This document shows positions 29,422 through 38,277 of a stretch of 64,000 bases of DNA, piece after piece. Position 1 is the stretch's first letter, and the number at the start of each line of letters is the position of its first letter. Source of the DNA: Myxococcota bacterium (lineage in GTDB: Bacteria > Myxococcota_A > UBA796 > UBA2385); assembly GCA_023150805.1 (NCBI GenBank), contig JAKLKF010000012.1, forward strand, positions 17,564 through 81,563, written 5' to 3'. The notes beneath the pieces were generated by a model. That model did not search any database. It saw only the letters and a program-made list of their open reading frames with translations, and had not been told where the DNA came from. The position numbers were made by a program, and so were the translations under genes.

Positions 29422-30447
29422 TCAGCCCGCGCCGCCCGAGAAGGGGCGCAGCTCGTCGGTCTGGAAGGACAGGGCGTAGAGGTCGTTGACGCCCATGCAG
29501 ACCTCGCGGCGCGCGCAGCCCTCGCAGGCGGGCACGTGGGTGCGCTTGCGGTCGGGCGCCCAGGAGTAGATCCCCGCGAAGGCCACCTTGCCGGGGACGG
29601 ACTGCCACTCGACGGTGACGCGGGGATCCCAGTGCAGGTCGTTGCTGCAGCTCCAGTGGGGGCCGAGCAGGCACATCGGCACCCCGAAGAAGCGCAGCAC
29701 CGCGTCGGGCGCGCGCGCGGGGAGCAGGGGCAGGATGCGGGCGAGGTCGGCCAGCCGGGGCGCGAGCTCGGTGAAGCGGTCGAAGCCGCCGCCCTCCGCC
29801 GTCAGGTTGCTCACGACGATGAGGCGCGCCCCCAGCTCGCCCAGCAACGCCACCGTGTCGGGGAGCTGCTCGATGTTGCGCGCGGTGACGACCGTGTTGG
29901 CGAACAGGCCGAAGCCGGGCTGGCGGCGCGCGAGGCGCATGGCCGCCGTCACGGTCTCGAAGCTGCCGACGCGGCCGGCGAGCGCGTCGTGGACCGCGGC
30001 CGAGGGGCCGTGCACGCTGAACAGGGCCTCGTCGAGCCACGGCAGCGCCCGCTCCGCGAAGTCGGGACGCGAGAGCATGGTCCCGATGGTCCCGACGCTG
30101 GTCCGCATGCCCAGGCGGCGCGCGAGCTGCAGGGCCTCGACGAAGCGAGGATGGATCGTCGGCTCGCCCCCCGTGAAGTGCACGGAGCGCACGCCGCGGC
30201 TGGCGTGCAGGCGGAGCACCGTCGCCACGCGCCCCCAGGTCACCGGGAAGGCGCGGTAGGACGCCATCCGGTGCTCCTCGCTGCAGAAGGCGCAGCGCTC
30301 GGGGCAGTGGTAGGTCAGGTGCAGCTCCAGCCGCTGCATCACCTGCCCCTTGGGACCGATCCAAGGGCGCGCGTCGGCCGACAAGCCCAGCTCGCTCTGC
30401 TGGGTCGGGCTGGGCAGGTGACCGGGGGACGCCGCGGGCGAGGTCAT
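29422..30447 (-). CDS. Radical SAM protein, HxsC-like
   Basis: CPERCAFC, FTGGEPT, SVHG, GVPMC, C-terminal CEGCARREVCMG. Confidence 0.88.
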   Translation of the reverse strand: MTSPAASPGHLPSPTQQSELGLSADARPWIGPKGQVMQRLELHLTYHCPERCAFCSEEHRMASYRAFPVTWGRVATVLRLHASRGVRSVHFTGGEPTIHPRFVEALQLARRLGMRTSVGTIGTMLSRPDFAERALPWLDEALFSVHGPSAAVHDALAGRVGSFETVTAAMRLARRQPGFGLFANTVVTARNIEQLPDTVALLGELGARLIVVSNLTAEGGGFDRFTELAPRLADLARILPLLPARAPDAVLRFFGVPMCLLGPHWSCSNDLHWDPRVTVEWQSVPGKVAFAGIYSWAPDRKRTHVPACEGCARREVCMGVNDLYALSFQTDELRPFSGGAG

Positions 30448-30451
30448 CGCG

Positions 30452-31453
30452 TCAGCCCCCGCCGGTGGCGGCGCGCGGGCCCCGGCGCTTGGAGGCCAGC
30501 CACGCCGGGTAGAGGCCGCGCACCAGCCGGGTCAAGGCGGCGTCGACCGCCTGGGTCGACGCCCAGACCCCCTCCGGCAGCGCCTGGCGCAGCAGCTCCT
30601 CGACCCGGGCGGCGCCCGCCGCGAGCGCATCGGGCGTGGGGGGTTCGTCCAGGCTGCCCAGCCGGGTCTGTCCACGCAGCCCGTCGAGCTGGCCCGACAG
30701 GCCGACGTTGCTGGGGTGGACGCTGCGGTCGGCGTCCACGACCAGGCCGGTGTTGAAGAAGGGGGTGGGCGCCCAGGTGAACAGGTTGCGCAGGTAGAGG
30801 GGGCGGCCGGCGGCCCACTCCGCCCGGATCCGCTGCCCGATGGCCGAGAAGCCCGCCTCCAGCGCGTCGAGCTGGGCGGGCCTCCACGGCAGGTAGTAGC
30901 CGGGCAGCAGGTTGAAGCGGCGGAAGCCCAGCTCCAGCAGGTGGGCGAAGTTCTCGGCCGCCCGGGGAGCGGTCGAGGGCGCGATGGTCTGCGTCACGAC
31001 CAGGCGAGGGGCGCGGAGCAGCGCGGGCAGCAGGTCCCGCACGTGCTGGTAGCTGTCGGCCACCCCGGGCAGGGCGCGGCGCAGCCCGCGGTGGTCCTCG
31101 GGCCGCCCGTCCAGGCTCAGGGTCAAGATGACCTTGGGCCGGGCCGCGAGGAGGTCGAGCCAGCCGGCGTCGAGCCCCAGCCCGTTGGTGCTCAGGTAGA
31201 CGCGCCGGATCTCGGGGCGGGCGCTGGCCTCCTCGATGGCAGCCCGCACCACCTGGGGCACCAGCAGGGGCTCGCCGCCGAAGAGCTTCACGTCGCCCGG
31301 CCGGCGCGCGTCCACGTAGCGGGTGGCGAACAGCGAGACGGCCGCGCGCGCGTCCTGCTCCGTCAGCGAGGGCCAGCCGTCCTTGGCGGTCGGGCAGTAG
31401 GCGCAGCGCAGGTTGCAGGCCCGCGTCACCGTCAGGATCATCGACGGCGGCAT
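30452..31453 (-). CDS. Radical SAM protein lacking auxiliary-cluster cysteines
   Basis: CNLRCAYC, FGGEPLL, STNG, LSLDG; alternative GTG start at 31534 beside the precursor stop. Confidence 0.87.
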   Translation of the reverse strand: MPPSMILTVTRACNLRCAYCPTAKDGWPSLTEQDARAAVSLFATRYVDARRPGDVKLFGGEPLLVPQVVRAAIEEASARPEIRRVYLSTNGLGLDAGWLDLLAARPKVILTLSLDGRPEDHRGLRRALPGVADSYQHVRDLLPALLRAPRLVVTQTIAPSTAPRAAENFAHLLELGFRRFNLLPGYYLPWRPAQLDALEAGFSAIGQRIRAEWAAGRPLYLRNLFTWAPTPFFNTGLVVDADRSVHPSNVGLSGQLDGLRGQTRLGSLDEPPTPDALAAGAARVEELLRQALPEGVWASTQAVDAALTRLVRGLYPAWLASKRRGPRAATGGG

Positions 31454-31527
31454 CGCCGCTGGCGCCGGGAAGGTCTCCCCGCGCGTCCCCTCACCCAGCA
31501 CCGGGGCCGTCGGCTCCGCGCTGGGAC

Positions 31528-31860
31528 CTACCACTGCCCGTGGGAGCCGTGGCTGCCGTGGGAGCCGTGGCTGCCGTGGGAGCCGTGGCTGCCGTGCGAG
31601 CCGTGGCTGCCGTGCGAGCCGTGGCTGCCGTGCGAGCCGTGGCTGCCGTGCGAGCCGTGGCTGCCGTGCGAGCAGTGGGCCGCGAGCTGGATGCCGCCGC
31701 TGGCGGGGTCCGCGAGCAGGGCGTCCGCCTTGAGCAGCAGCTCGCTGCTGGCGTCGAGCTCCCCGGCGCTGGCCGCTTCGGTCCGCTGCAGGAAGTCGGC
31801 GGGCTTCTTGTCGATGGCGGGGAGCTTGGCGCTGCCCTTGTCCAGGTCCTTGGTGCTCAT
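31528..31860 (-). CDS. hxsA: His-Xaa-Ser repeat precursor peptide (HxsA-like)
   Basis: 61-aa leader-like region then HCS-(HGS)14-HGQW; strong AGGAGG site; directly downstream of hxsB. Confidence 0.9.
   Translation of the reverse strand: MSTKDLDKGSAKLPAIDKKPADFLQRTEAASAGELDASSELLLKADALLADPASGGIQLAAHCSHGSHGSHGSHGSHGSHGSHGSHGSHGSHGSHGSHGSHGSHGSHGQW
31543..31668 (-). repeat. 18-bp tandem repeat x7 encoding (HGSHGS)7
   Basis: Unit CACGGCAGCCACGGCTC(G/C): four TCG units then three TCC units. Confidence 0.95.
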
Positions 31861-31865
31861 GCCGA

Positions 31866-31871
31866 CCTCCT
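31866..31871 (-). promoter_or_regulatory. Shine-Dalgarno site of the precursor gene, overlapping the hxsB stop
   Basis: Minus strand TAGGAGGTCGGC-ATG. Confidence 0.75.
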
Positions 31872-33384
31872 AATCGTTGCCCGTGGCCGGCGGAGGAGTC
31901 TCCCGCGGCCGCGTGATCGTCCAGCGCTGGAAGATGCGCGCCAGGCTGCCGTCGTCGTCGGCCGCCAGGCGCTCGAAGAGCATGCGGGCGATGCCCATGT
32001 GCTGCATGCACTTGGGGGTGTTGGGCCGCTGCCCGAACAGGTCGCCGGCCTGCATGTAGTTGTGCAGCGGGCGGACCCCGCAGTAGGGCGCGTTCCAGCA
32101 CTCGTGGCACTGCGGCAGCCCGTCGAGCAGGCTGGCCACGGCCATGGCGCGCACGGTCGGGTGGCGGATCGCGTCCTGGATGCTGGTCTCGCCCACGCGC
32201 CCCAGGGCGAACATGGGGTTGCCCATGGCGTCGATCATCCGCCCCTCGTCGCTGGGGAAGATGGTGCCGTCGTAGTTGTAGGCGATCTGCCCCGTGCCCG
32301 CGCCGATCGGCGAGCGGATGTCGACGAAGTTGGGGTCGTCCGGGGTCAGCATCTTCTGCAGGAACAGGGCCGCCGTGCCCTCGATGATCTGCACACCGTC
32401 GCGGTTGAGCTGGATGATGTGGTCGAGCGCCTCCTCGTAGAAGCGCAGGAACTCGGGCATGTCCACGCCCACCACCTTCCAGGTCTTCGTGATGAAGCCG
32501 AAGGGGTTGAGCGGCCGCAGGTAGATGTTGCGGATGCCCAGCGACACGTACAGGTCGATCACCTCCCGCCAGTGGTCCATCGTCTTGCGGGTGGTGGTCA
32601 TCAGGGCGTCGACGTGCCACAGCTCGGGATCGCGTCCCAGCTCCACGTACCGGCGGTTGAAGTAGGAGATCCACTTCATCACGGTGTCGTAGGCGCCCGC
32701 CCCCTTGCCGGTCCAGGGGCGGTTCCAGTCGTGCACGTGCTGCGGACCGTCCAGGCTGGTGCACAGCAGCACGTCGTTGGCCAGCAGCCACTCGGCCTTC
32801 TCCTCGTCCATGCAGGTCATGTTGGTGACGAGGCTGAAGTCCAGCGTCTTGCCTTCCTGGCGGTTCTTCTCCCGGCCGTACTCGACGACGAACTTGATGA
32901 CGTCGAAGTTGACGGTCGGCTCGCCGCCCTGGAACTCGAAGGCGATGTAGGGGCTGGGCGACTGCATCGCCGTGTCGACCACCTTCTTGGCGGTCTCCAG
33001 GCTCATGTCGGTGTCGACCCGGTCCATGTCGGTGCGGGAGGCGTGGCAGTACTTGCAGGACTGGTTGCAGCGCAGCGTCGCGATCACGACGTGCAGGTGC
33101 GGCCCCATGCCCAGCCAGCGCTTCTTGCGCCGGAAGCGCTCGGCCACCGCTTCGGCGTCCATGCCGTCCCGCACGAAGCCCTTGGCCAGCAGGGCGGCGT
33201 GCTCGGCGTGGTCCGGGCCCAGTTCCCCCGCCAGCAGCGCCTGGAAGTCCGGCTCGGAGAGCAGGTGCCACTCGCCCGTGTCGTGGGTGAGGAGCACCTT
33301 GCCCGCCATCCGGCCGAAGCGGAAGGGCCCCAGCGCGTCGGCGTCCAGGCGCGGGTGCTGGAGTCGGAGGCTGCCGGTGCGCAT
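31870..33384 (-). CDS. hxsB: His-Xaa-Ser system radical SAM maturase HxsB
   Basis: N-terminal extension (PFRFGR..LLTHDTGEW), TLRCNQSCKYCHAS, EFQGGEP, TSLDGP, LRPLNPFGF, AYNYDG..SDEGRM, CHECWNAPYCG. Confidence 0.9.
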   Translation of the reverse strand: MRTGSLRLQHPRLDADALGPFRFGRMAGKVLLTHDTGEWHLLSEPDFQALLAGELGPDHAEHAALLAKGFVRDGMDAEAVAERFRRKKRWLGMGPHLHVVIATLRCNQSCKYCHASRTDMDRVDTDMSLETAKKVVDTAMQSPSPYIAFEFQGGEPTVNFDVIKFVVEYGREKNRQEGKTLDFSLVTNMTCMDEEKAEWLLANDVLLCTSLDGPQHVHDWNRPWTGKGAGAYDTVMKWISYFNRRYVELGRDPELWHVDALMTTTRKTMDHWREVIDLYVSLGIRNIYLRPLNPFGFITKTWKVVGVDMPEFLRFYEEALDHIIQLNRDGVQIIEGTAALFLQKMLTPDDPNFVDIRSPIGAGTGQIAYNYDGTIFPSDEGRMIDAMGNPMFALGRVGETSIQDAIRHPTVRAMAVASLLDGLPQCHECWNAPYCGVRPLHNYMQAGDLFGQRPNTPKCMQHMGIARMLFERLAADDDGSLARIFQRWTITRPRETPPPATGND

Positions 33385-33647
33385 CAGGTCGTTCCCCCGC
33401 CGTCGCCCCGCAGGGTCGCCTCGGCCTGGTTCCGCCGGACCACGGTCTCCGCGAGCACGTGGTTGCAGAAGTGGTCGACCAGGACGTCGGCCACGTCCGG
33501 GTCGACCTGCTCGAAGCGCACCGTCAGCTCGTGCTCCGAGGGCAGCACGGTCACGCGCGCCACGCCGGCGTACTGCGAGGCGACCGCCTCGACCGCCCCG
33601 TCGTCGTAGAGCGAGCGATGCAGAGAGACCTCAGGAGCCACCGCCAC
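33384..33647 (-). CDS. Small HxsD-like protein
   Basis: SLYDDGAVEAVASQY..DHFCNHVL parallels the HxsD pattern; TGATG overlap with hxsB. Confidence 0.65.
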   Translation of the reverse strand: MAVAPEVSLHRSLYDDGAVEAVASQYAGVARVTVLPSEHELTVRFEQVDPDVADVLVDHFCNHVLAETVVRRNQAEATLRGDGGGTT

Positions 33648-34113
33648 CCTCCCGCTCGGCGGGCGCGTCCCAGGGCACGCTGATCTCCAGGTCGTCCTGG
33701 GCCAGCTCCTCCTGGTCGAGCTCAGCCAGGAGCTGGTCGATGCTGGACCGGGTCGAGGTGCTGAAGAAGGCGCGGGCCATGTAGTACTCGCGGATCTTCC
33801 GGGTCGAGTCCCCGATGCGCACCCGCAGGACCTGGTTGAGCAGCTCGTTGGCCAGCTCGCCGGCCAGGGCCTCCAGCGCGGCGGGATCGGTCGGGCCCTT
33901 GGGCTTCAGCCGCACCTCGACCTGCTTGTCCGCCGACCGGTGCAGGTACACCCAGCAGCGGTCCACGAACAGGTAGGCGGCGCCGTAGATGGCGTCGAGG
34001 GGGTACAGCTCCTCGTCGACGCGCAGGGCCACGCGCCGGCCGTCCTCCAGCCAGGTCAGCTCGTCCACCAGCGCCTCGGCCGGGGTCGAGGTCTCCACGC
34101 TCACGTCGCTCAC
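33631..34113 (-). CDS. hxsD: His-Xaa-Ser system protein HxsD
   Basis: LYPLDAIYGAAYLFVDRC, GELANELLNQVLRVRI..TRKIRE resembling the HxsD LL(N/D)xxLR motif. Confidence 0.8.
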   Translation of the reverse strand: MSDVSVETSTPAEALVDELTWLEDGRRVALRVDEELYPLDAIYGAAYLFVDRCWVYLHRSADKQVEVRLKPKGPTDPAALEALAGELANELLNQVLRVRIGDSTRKIREYYMARAFFSTSTRSSIDQLLAELDQEELAQDDLEISVPWDAPAEREGGGGS

Positions 34114-34658
34114 GTCAGGCTCTCCGGGCCATAGGCCAGCAGGCGCTCGTCGTGCGGCTCCATCCGGGCCAGCTCGCCGAGGTCCCCCTGCGAGGACAGC
34201 TCGTTGGACCGGATGTGGGCCGCGAGCCCCATGACCACGCGCCCCAGGGACTCGTCGGTGGGCTTGTCGCCCTGCCCGCCGTCCATGAGCACCAGGTCCA
34301 GCAGCTCGGTGTGCGCCACGCCCCGGGGGCTACCCCGCCGGTGGCAGAGGTGCACGCGGCCGACCGCGCCGTCGCGGTGCTGCAGCGTGAGCACGCTGGC
34401 CCCGCGCTCCACCGCGCCGAGGTGGGCGACGAACCAGCCCGCTCCGACGTGCGAGCCGCGGGTCAGCGGCGCCAGCAGCCACCACGGCCCTGCGCCGGCC
34501 TGGGGCGAGGGAGGGGCCGACGAGCGCCCGGCGTCGGACGCTTCCGCCCCGCCGGGCGCGGGAGGCAGGCTCGAACCCACGGCGGCGGTGCCGACCACCA
34601 CCGTGGCCACCGCCGTTCCCAGGCCGATCTGCTGCAGGACCTTGCGACGAGAGTCCAT
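34110..34658 (-). CDS. Hypothetical protein with twin-arginine-like signal peptide
   Basis: MDSRRKVLQQIGLGTAVATVVVG; overlaps both neighbours (TGATG and GTGA). Confidence 0.7.
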   Translation of the reverse strand: MDSRRKVLQQIGLGTAVATVVVGTAAVGSSLPPAPGGAEASDAGRSSAPPSPQAGAGPWWLLAPLTRGSHVGAGWFVAHLGAVERGASVLTLQHRDGAVGRVHLCHRRGSPRGVAHTELLDLVLMDGGQGDKPTDESLGRVVMGLAAHIRSNELSSQGDLGELARMEPHDERLLAYGPESLT

Positions 34659-36979
34659 CACCACACCCCGTTCGTGATCTCGAGCTCGTAGTGCTGGCAG
34701 CTCATGGAGACCGAGCCCTTGCGCACCACCTTGATGTAGAAGTCCCGCGAGTCGTCCGCGCAGGTGTTGTAGAGCGCCGACCCGCCGCTGCAGGACCGCG
34801 TGTCCGAGGGGATCGTGTGCACTCCCTCGCCCTTGTCCTGGTTGAACCAGGAGTACTCGTTCGTCGCCGTCGCGCACTCGACCGCGGTGCTGTCGTAGGA
34901 GTCGTCGTAGACCGTGAACTCGTAGGTCGAGGCGCCCTCGACCAGCTCGACGGCGAACTTGAAGTAGTCGATGCCCGCCGAGACGTCGTCGCTGACGTCG
35001 TCGCTGGCCGTGACCCGGTACCAGTCGGCCTCGTCCCCCTCGAGCATGTTGCCCTCGATGGAGATGGTGTCGACGCCGTCGTCGGAGATGCTGCTCCACT
35101 CGCTGATGGCGTCACGCCCCTCGTCGCCGTAGCCGGCGCTGTCCTCGAAGGTGTCGTAGGGGTCGCAGACCTCGGTGCTGACGGTGTTGCTGTCGGCCGA
35201 GGTGTTGCCCGCGGAGTCGGTGCAGGTCGCGTAGCACTCGTTGACCTCGCCCCGGCTGAGCGTCGTCGACCAGGAGAAGGTGCCTCCCGAGGTGCAGGTG
35301 TCGGTGTCCGACCAGCTCGACAGCGAGTCGCTGCAGTAGAAGGTCAGGTCGCAGAGCGCCTCGCAGGTGCCGGTCAGGGTGACCGACTCCTCGTTGCGGT
35401 AGGCGAAGGGCGTGTTGATCTCCGGCGCGTCCGGCGCCGTGCCGTCGTTGATCGTGACGTAGTCGCTGGCCGAGGTCCCGTCCTCCTCGCCGTCGTTGGG
35501 GGTGACCACGCACTCCCAGCCCTGGCCGTGGGCGGTGTAGCTGCTGTCCACGGTGTTGGTCGTGACCGTCGAGAGGGCGCCGTCGCGGTACCACTCGTAG
35601 CGATACTCGATCCGGTCGCCGTCGGCGTCGGTGGAGGCCGTCAGGACCTCGCAGTAGAGGTCGTCCTCGGGCTCGGGGCGCTCGGGCGAGATGCCCACGA
35701 CGGGCGCGGTCGGCTGGGCGTTCTCGATCTGGGTGGTCGGGCTGGTGACCGGGGTGCCGTCGACGTAGCTGTCGTAGGGCGTGATCTGGACCTGGACCAG
35801 GTCGCCCTTGGTCGTCTTGGCCGCCGGGTAGGTGCCGGTCGTCTCGCCGGTGTCCACCGTGCCGTTGACGGTCCACTGGTAGCGGTAGCGCTCGCTGTCG
35901 CCGTCCTGGTCGAACCAGCCCGACGGCGAGGCGACCAGGTCCACGGTGGTGTCCGGCGCCGAGGGGGTGATCGCCACCGAGTCGACCGAGGGCCCCGAGT
36001 TCTCCACGGTGATCGAGTCGTAGCCCGGGTCGCCGTAGCCATAGCCGTCGTTGGGGTAGGCGTAGACCTCCCAGTACTGCCCGCGCACGGTGACGCCGCG
36101 GCTGACGGTGTCGTTGCTGCCCGACTGGTAGAGGGCGCCCCCCAGGTACCAGTCGTAGCGGTAGGTCACGGCGTCACCCTCGGGATCCGCCGCGTCCGCG
36201 GTGACCACGGCCACCAGGCTCTCGCCCGACGCGGCCGGCTCGGGCGAGATGACGACCGAGGGCGCCCCCGGGCGCGCGTTGACCGACAGGGTCGCGGTGT
36301 CCTGGTCCGTGCGTCCCGCGCTGTCCGTGACCTCCACCGTGATCAGGTGGTCGCCGTTGCTCAGCGTGCCGGCGGCGGTCCAGGCCCCCGAGGAGGAGGG
36401 CGCGGCCGACAGGCCGAGGTCGCCGTCGACCGACGAGCGGACCGAGACCACCAGGTCCTCGGAGGAGTCCTCGGCGTCGGCCACCTGGGCCTCGAAGACG
36501 ATGAGATCCCCCGGCTCGAAGAAGTCCCCGGAGGCCGGCGTCACCAGATCGATCGAGGGAGGCGTGTTCTCCTCGATGACGACCGACACGGTGGCGCTGG
36601 CCGTGTCCAGCCGGGGGTCGGTCACCGTGACGGTCACGGTCTGCTCGCCGACCTCGTCGAAGGTCCAGTCGCAGGTGGCGGTACCGTCGGAGTTCACCGG
36701 CGCCGTGGTGCACATCGTGGAGGTGCCCGTGACCCAGGCGTGGTCCAGGTCGGAGAGCGCCGTCTCGTCGAAGACCTGGGCGAGCGCCTCGAAGCGCACC
36801 GACTGGCCCTGGAAGAAGCGCGCACCCTCGGAGGGCGAGGTGATGGTCACGGCCGGCGGCTCGTGCCGGATGTTGACCGTCTTGTCGCCGCTGCAGCCCG
36901 CCATGAGCAGGGCCAGCAGCGCCGCGCCTGCGACAGGCGCAGGTACAGCGTGGCGGTGCGAGGGGACACTGCAGGGCAT
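34658..36979 (-). CDS. Ig-like repeat surface lipoprotein with Cys-containing PPC-like C-terminal domain
   Basis: Lipobox LMAGC; repeated P..V.I.P / D.DGD...Y.Y.W / V.P.DG units; ends CQHYELEITNGVW. Confidence 0.82.
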   Translation of the reverse strand: MPCSVPSHRHAVPAPVAGAALLALLMAGCSGDKTVNIRHEPPAVTITSPSEGARFFQGQSVRFEALAQVFDETALSDLDHAWVTGTSTMCTTAPVNSDGTATCDWTFDEVGEQTVTVTVTDPRLDTASATVSVVIEENTPPSIDLVTPASGDFFEPGDLIVFEAQVADAEDSSEDLVVSVRSSVDGDLGLSAAPSSSGAWTAAGTLSNGDHLITVEVTDSAGRTDQDTATLSVNARPGAPSVVISPEPAASGESLVAVVTADAADPEGDAVTYRYDWYLGGALYQSGSNDTVSRGVTVRGQYWEVYAYPNDGYGYGDPGYDSITVENSGPSVDSVAITPSAPDTTVDLVASPSGWFDQDGDSERYRYQWTVNGTVDTGETTGTYPAAKTTKGDLVQVQITPYDSYVDGTPVTSPTTQIENAQPTAPVVGISPERPEPEDDLYCEVLTASTDADGDRIEYRYEWYRDGALSTVTTNTVDSSYTAHGQGWECVVTPNDGEEDGTSASDYVTINDGTAPDAPEINTPFAYRNEESVTLTGTCEALCDLTFYCSDSLSSWSDTDTCTSGGTFSWSTTLSRGEVNECYATCTDSAGNTSADSNTVSTEVCDPYDTFEDSAGYGDEGRDAISEWSSISDDGVDTISIEGNMLEGDEADWYRVTASDDVSDDVSAGIDYFKFAVELVEGASTYEFTVYDDSYDSTAVECATATNEYSWFNQDKGEGVHTIPSDTRSCSGGSALYNTCADDSRDFYIKVVRKGSVSMSCQHYELEITNGVW

Positions 36980-37083
36980 CGCCGGCTCCGGGAACTCGGA
37001 CTCGGAGCCTACAGGAACCCGGAGGGGTCCGCAAGCGCCGCGTCAAGATCACCAAGCGTCGCAGGGGCCCGGGGGCGACCACC

Positions 37084-38121
37084 TCAAAGCGCGCGTTCGA
37101 GGGCCGCGGTCCGGCGCTCCAAGGACGGCTGCTCGGTCGGGCTGCGCCGCCCCCGCCGCGCCTGGATCCGCTCGAGCAGCGCCGGCTCGGGGTCGCGGCC
37201 GAGCACCGCGCGCACCACGGGCAGCGGGTCCTCGAAGACCGGCGACAGCTCGCGCTCGTCGAAGGTCCGCGCCATGCTGAACATCCCCGCGCAGACCGGG
37301 TCCCACCGGCAGGCGTCGCAGGCCCGCCCCTTGCCGTGGAGGAACTCGAGCTGGTGCACGAAGCCCTTGCCGTCGAGGAAGCGGATGCAGCGCTCCTCCT
37401 CCTTGACGATCTTGCGCGTCTCGGTGCTGGCCCAGGCGAAGCGGCGCATGAAGCACAGGGGCACGCGCTCGGCCCGGAAGGTGCGTCCCGTGCGGTGCAG
37501 GTACTCCATCGCCAGCTCCAGGCTCACCATGAACTCGTGGTGGCGCGGCACGCAGTCGGGGTTGTCCTCCGCCCGGTTCCCGTCCGGGTCCATGTTGTTC
37601 CACACGAAGTGCCGGATGAAGGGGAAGCGGTCGCAGAGCCACATCACGGTCTCGTGGAGGTGGTCGGCGTTGTAGGCGCAGATCACGGTGTTGATGTCGG
37701 CGGTGATCCCGACCTCGGGCACGTGGCCCAGGCACTGCACCAGGGTCTCCCAGGCGCGCGGGTACTGCGTGATCCAGTCGTGCACCTCTCGCCGGTGGGA
37801 GTGCAGCGAGACGTGGACGTGCTGCAGGCCCGCGGCGACGCACTCGCGGAAGAAGCCCAGGTCGGCCAGCCGCTGGCCGTTGGTGATCATGCGGTTGTAC
37901 AGCCCCCGCTGCGTGGCGTACTCCAGGGCCGGGAAGAGCAGCGGGGACAGCGTCGGCTCCCCCCCCGTCAAGATGATGCCGTCGTAGCCGAGCTCCACCA
38001 GCCCATCGACGTGCTCCCGGAGCTCCTGCTCGGTCAGGTCCACCCCCGTCGGCGGGTTGCTGCAGAAGCGGCACCGCTGCAGGCAGTTGCGGGTGAGCTG
38101 GAGGTAGCCGAGGTTCGCCAT
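37084..38121 (-). CDS. Radical SAM protein, HxsC-like
   Basis: MANLGYLQLTRNCLQRCRFC, LTGGEPT, ITNG, SLHSH, RVPLC, CDACRWDPVCAG; GGAG site before ATG 38121. Confidence 0.88.
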   Translation of the reverse strand: MANLGYLQLTRNCLQRCRFCSNPPTGVDLTEQELREHVDGLVELGYDGIILTGGEPTLSPLLFPALEYATQRGLYNRMITNGQRLADLGFFRECVAAGLQHVHVSLHSHRREVHDWITQYPRAWETLVQCLGHVPEVGITADINTVICAYNADHLHETVMWLCDRFPFIRHFVWNNMDPDGNRAEDNPDCVPRHHEFMVSLELAMEYLHRTGRTFRAERVPLCFMRRFAWASTETRKIVKEEERCIRFLDGKGFVHQLEFLHGKGRACDACRWDPVCAGMFSMARTFDERELSPVFEDPLPVVRAVLGRDPEPALLERIQARRGRRSPTEQPSLERRTAALERAL

Positions 38122-38277
38122 GCCAGCTCCGGTCCGGGCGGGGTCGGTCGTTCCACCGATGCGGTCAGGGCGCGCCGGCGGGCAGGGTGAACCTACACGG
38201 GCGAAGTGAACTTGGCAGCGGGAGGTGCAAGGCGCCGTCGCGGGCGGTATCGTCTGCGCTCTCTCGGGAGCCCCGCC

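Noticed and set aside
31543-31668. Tandem repeat as a CRISPR array
   Set aside because: No spacers and no cas genes; the in-frame coding repeat explains it
30452-33271. 939-aa ORF with RQPRLA repeats fused to a radical SAM
   Set aside because: The upstream part is an alternative frame over hxsB and the HGS repeat; the real gene starts at about 31453-31534
38212-38229. Sigma54 promoter for the giant lipoprotein (TTGGCAGCGGGAGGTGCA)
   Set aside because: GG-to-GC spacing is 11 nt rather than the required 10
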